A stretch of DNA of 18,550 nucleotides from Chthoniobacteraceae bacterium. Lineage in GTDB: Bacteria; Verrucomicrobiota; Verrucomicrobiia; Chthoniobacterales; Chthoniobacteraceae. The DNA is taken from NCBI GenBank assembly GCA_031409335.1, contig JANNWY010000076.1, positions 1-18,550 on the forward strand, given 5' to 3'. Position numbers and translations under genes: made by a program. Positions within the stretch are counted from its first letter, which is position 1. Every line of letters begins with the position of its first letter. Shown here in pieces: positions 17,134 through 18,550 of this stretch. The notes beneath the pieces were generated by a model that was not told where the DNA came from, did not search any database, and saw nothing but the letters and a program-made list of their open reading frames with translations.

Positions 17134-17181
17134 TTAAGTGGTCAGGAGCGACAAAGTTGCGGCTAAGGTCTCTAGTTTCAT
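17134..17181 (-). other. 15-aa mini ORF, probable signal-peptide stub of a deleted gene
   Basis: ATG at 17181, 9 nt after the upstream TAG, translates MKLETLAATLSLLTT then TAA at 17136-17134, 12 nt before the next ATG. Confidence 0.4.
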
Positions 17182-17190
17182 GCGCGTGGG

Positions 17191-18549
17191 CTATTTCTTC
17201 GAATCCTTCTTCTTATCTTTCTTTCGCTTCGTTGCAGCATTTGGCTTTCTCTCTGCCTCTGCCCGGATAGTCGCGATGTCCGTCTCGCTCAACTGCCGCC
17301 CAGCCGCGCGTTCTTTCGTGAGGAGAAACCTGAGCGCGGGGTCGGCCCCATCCTCGTTCGCTCCCGGACCTCTGGTTCCATCGGGACGGAACGGCGGCGC
17401 ATACTCCGGCTCCGGCTCGCCCTCGCTCAGCCGCAGTCCCACGTCGGGCTGCGCACTGAATGTCTTTTGCAAGGCGAGCAACTCCGCGAGTTTCTCCGGC
17501 TGCGCGGCAGCGAGGTCGCGCTTCTCGGTGCGGTCGTTCGTGAGGTCATAGAGTTGCCACGGCTGGCCGTAGGAGGTGGCGATTTTCCAGCCGCCGTGGA
17601 TGAGCGCCAGATTGTTGAAGAGCGAAAAATGCAGCGTCCGCGCGGGCAGCGTTTCCGCTTTCGTGAGCATCGGGAGAAAGGAGCGGCCCGGCAGCGGCGG
17701 ATGCTGCTTCCCGCCAAAGTCCGCCGGATACTTCCCACCGGCGACATCGAGTAAAGTCGGAATCAAATCAATGACGTGGCACGGCTGGTCCTCATATTTT
17801 TCCCGCGGCGCGAAGCCTGCGGGCCAGCGCGCGATAAACGGCGTCGTGATACCTCCGCTGTGCTGGCTACGCTTGTAAAACTTGAACGGCGTGCTGGAGA
17901 GTTGAGCCCAGCCAAGGCCGACATTCCAGTTGGCGCGCGGCGTTCCGAAATCTCCTTTGCGAACCCGATCATTCGGGCTCGCGCCGTTGTCGTTGAGGAA
18001 GATGACAAGCGTGTCGTCACGCAGTTTCAGATCATCGAGCGTTTGCATCACTGCGCCCACGCCTTGGTCCACGCAGTCAACCATGGCCGCGTAAGTCGCC
18101 ATTCGGAGGTCCTCGAAATCTTGGTTCTTCGCATCTAGCGTATCCCAGGCAGGCACGCTCGCAGGCCGCTCCGACGAGTTCCAGCCCGGCCCGGCTAGCC
18201 CGAGCTTTTGTTGCCGCTCAAACCGCTCCCGCCGCAGCGTGTCCCAGCCTTTCAGATATTTCCCACGATACTTCGCGACGACCTCTGCAGGCGCCTGAAT
18301 CGACGCGTGTGGCGCATTGTAAGCCAGATACAAAAAGAACGGTTGCTCCGGGTGCGCGCTTTTTTCCTCGCGGATGAAATGCACCGCCTGCTCCGTCAGG
18401 GCCGAGGTCACGTAGAAATCCTTTTTCGGCACTGGCCACGGCTTGCCATCAAGCGTGAACGAATTGTCTCCAAGAAAAAAATCAGTCCCGCCGCCCATGA
18501 ACCCAAAGTGCCGGTCAAAGCCGCGCTCAAACGGATTCCCCGCGACGTG
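17191..18549 (-). CDS. Arylsulfatase (AtsA-like S1 sulfatase), 5'-partial
   Basis: The frame is open to the window edge (HVAGNPFERGFDRHFGFMGG). Motifs PFFLYLAYNAPH, GWDTLRRERFERQ, YAAMVD, NDNGA, STPFKFYK, GGITTPFI, QLYDL.NDRTE. The catalytic CxPxR lies outside the window. Confidence 0.93.
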   Translation of the reverse strand, partial: HVAGNPFERGFDRHFGFMGGGTDFFLGDNSFTLDGKPWPVPKKDFYVTSALTEQAVHFIREEKSAHPEQPFFLYLAYNAPHASIQAPAEVVAKYRGKYLKGWDTLRRERFERQQKLGLAGPGWNSSERPASVPAWDTLDAKNQDFEDLRMATYAAMVDCVDQGVGAVMQTLDDLKLRDDTLVIFLNDNGASPNDRVRKGDFGTPRANWNVGLGWAQLSSTPFKFYKRSQHSGGITTPFIARWPAGFAPREKYEDQPCHVIDLIPTLLDVAGGKYPADFGGKQHPPLPGRSFLPMLTKAETLPARTLHFSLFNNLALIHGGWKIATSYGQPWQLYDLTNDRTEKRDLAAAQPEKLAELLALQKTFSAQPDVGLRLSEGEPEPEYAPPFRPDGTRGPGANEDGADPALRFLLTKERAAGRQLSETDIATIRAEAERKPNAATKRKKDKKKDSKK

Positions 18550-18550
18550 C

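Noticed and set aside
1..18550. CRISPR array, tRNA/rRNA, retron/DGR-type or anti-phage defence system
   Set aside because: No regularly spaced repeats, RNA-gene signatures, reverse transcriptase, nuclease or ATPase motifs were seen by eye. Nearly all sequence is explained by minus-strand genes or remnants.

Overview
GC-rich bacterial window, most likely PVC superphylum (Verrucomicrobiota-like, judged from PSD1/PSCyt, DUF1501, DUF1552, YHYH and autotransporter-associated families). Every credible gene is on the minus strand. In transcription order (right to left): a partial arylsulfatase, a 15-aa stub, a sulfatase, an NTF2/DUF4440-like remnant, a sulfatase, a collapsed DUF1592-type/DUF1552 pair, a frameshifted alpha/beta hydrolase, an intact PSCyt1-DUF1549-DUF1553 plus DUF1501 pair, a sulfatase, a sulfatase/ThuA chimeric remnant, a cytochrome c-PA14 protein, a beta-propeller protein, a PQQ-like propeller stub, a decayed sulfatase-YHYH-Ig fusion, an AraC HTH fragment, and an autotransporter-like gene cut by the left end of an IS3-family element that runs off the window. 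It looks like a secreted sulfated-glycan processing locus. The main unexplained pattern is that intact genes alternate with remnants shrunk by large internal deletions, several of them in frame and still coupled to the upstream gene. No CRISPR array, rRNA or tRNA was seen, and no clearly novel system can be claimed. Family assignments come from recalled motifs, not database searches.
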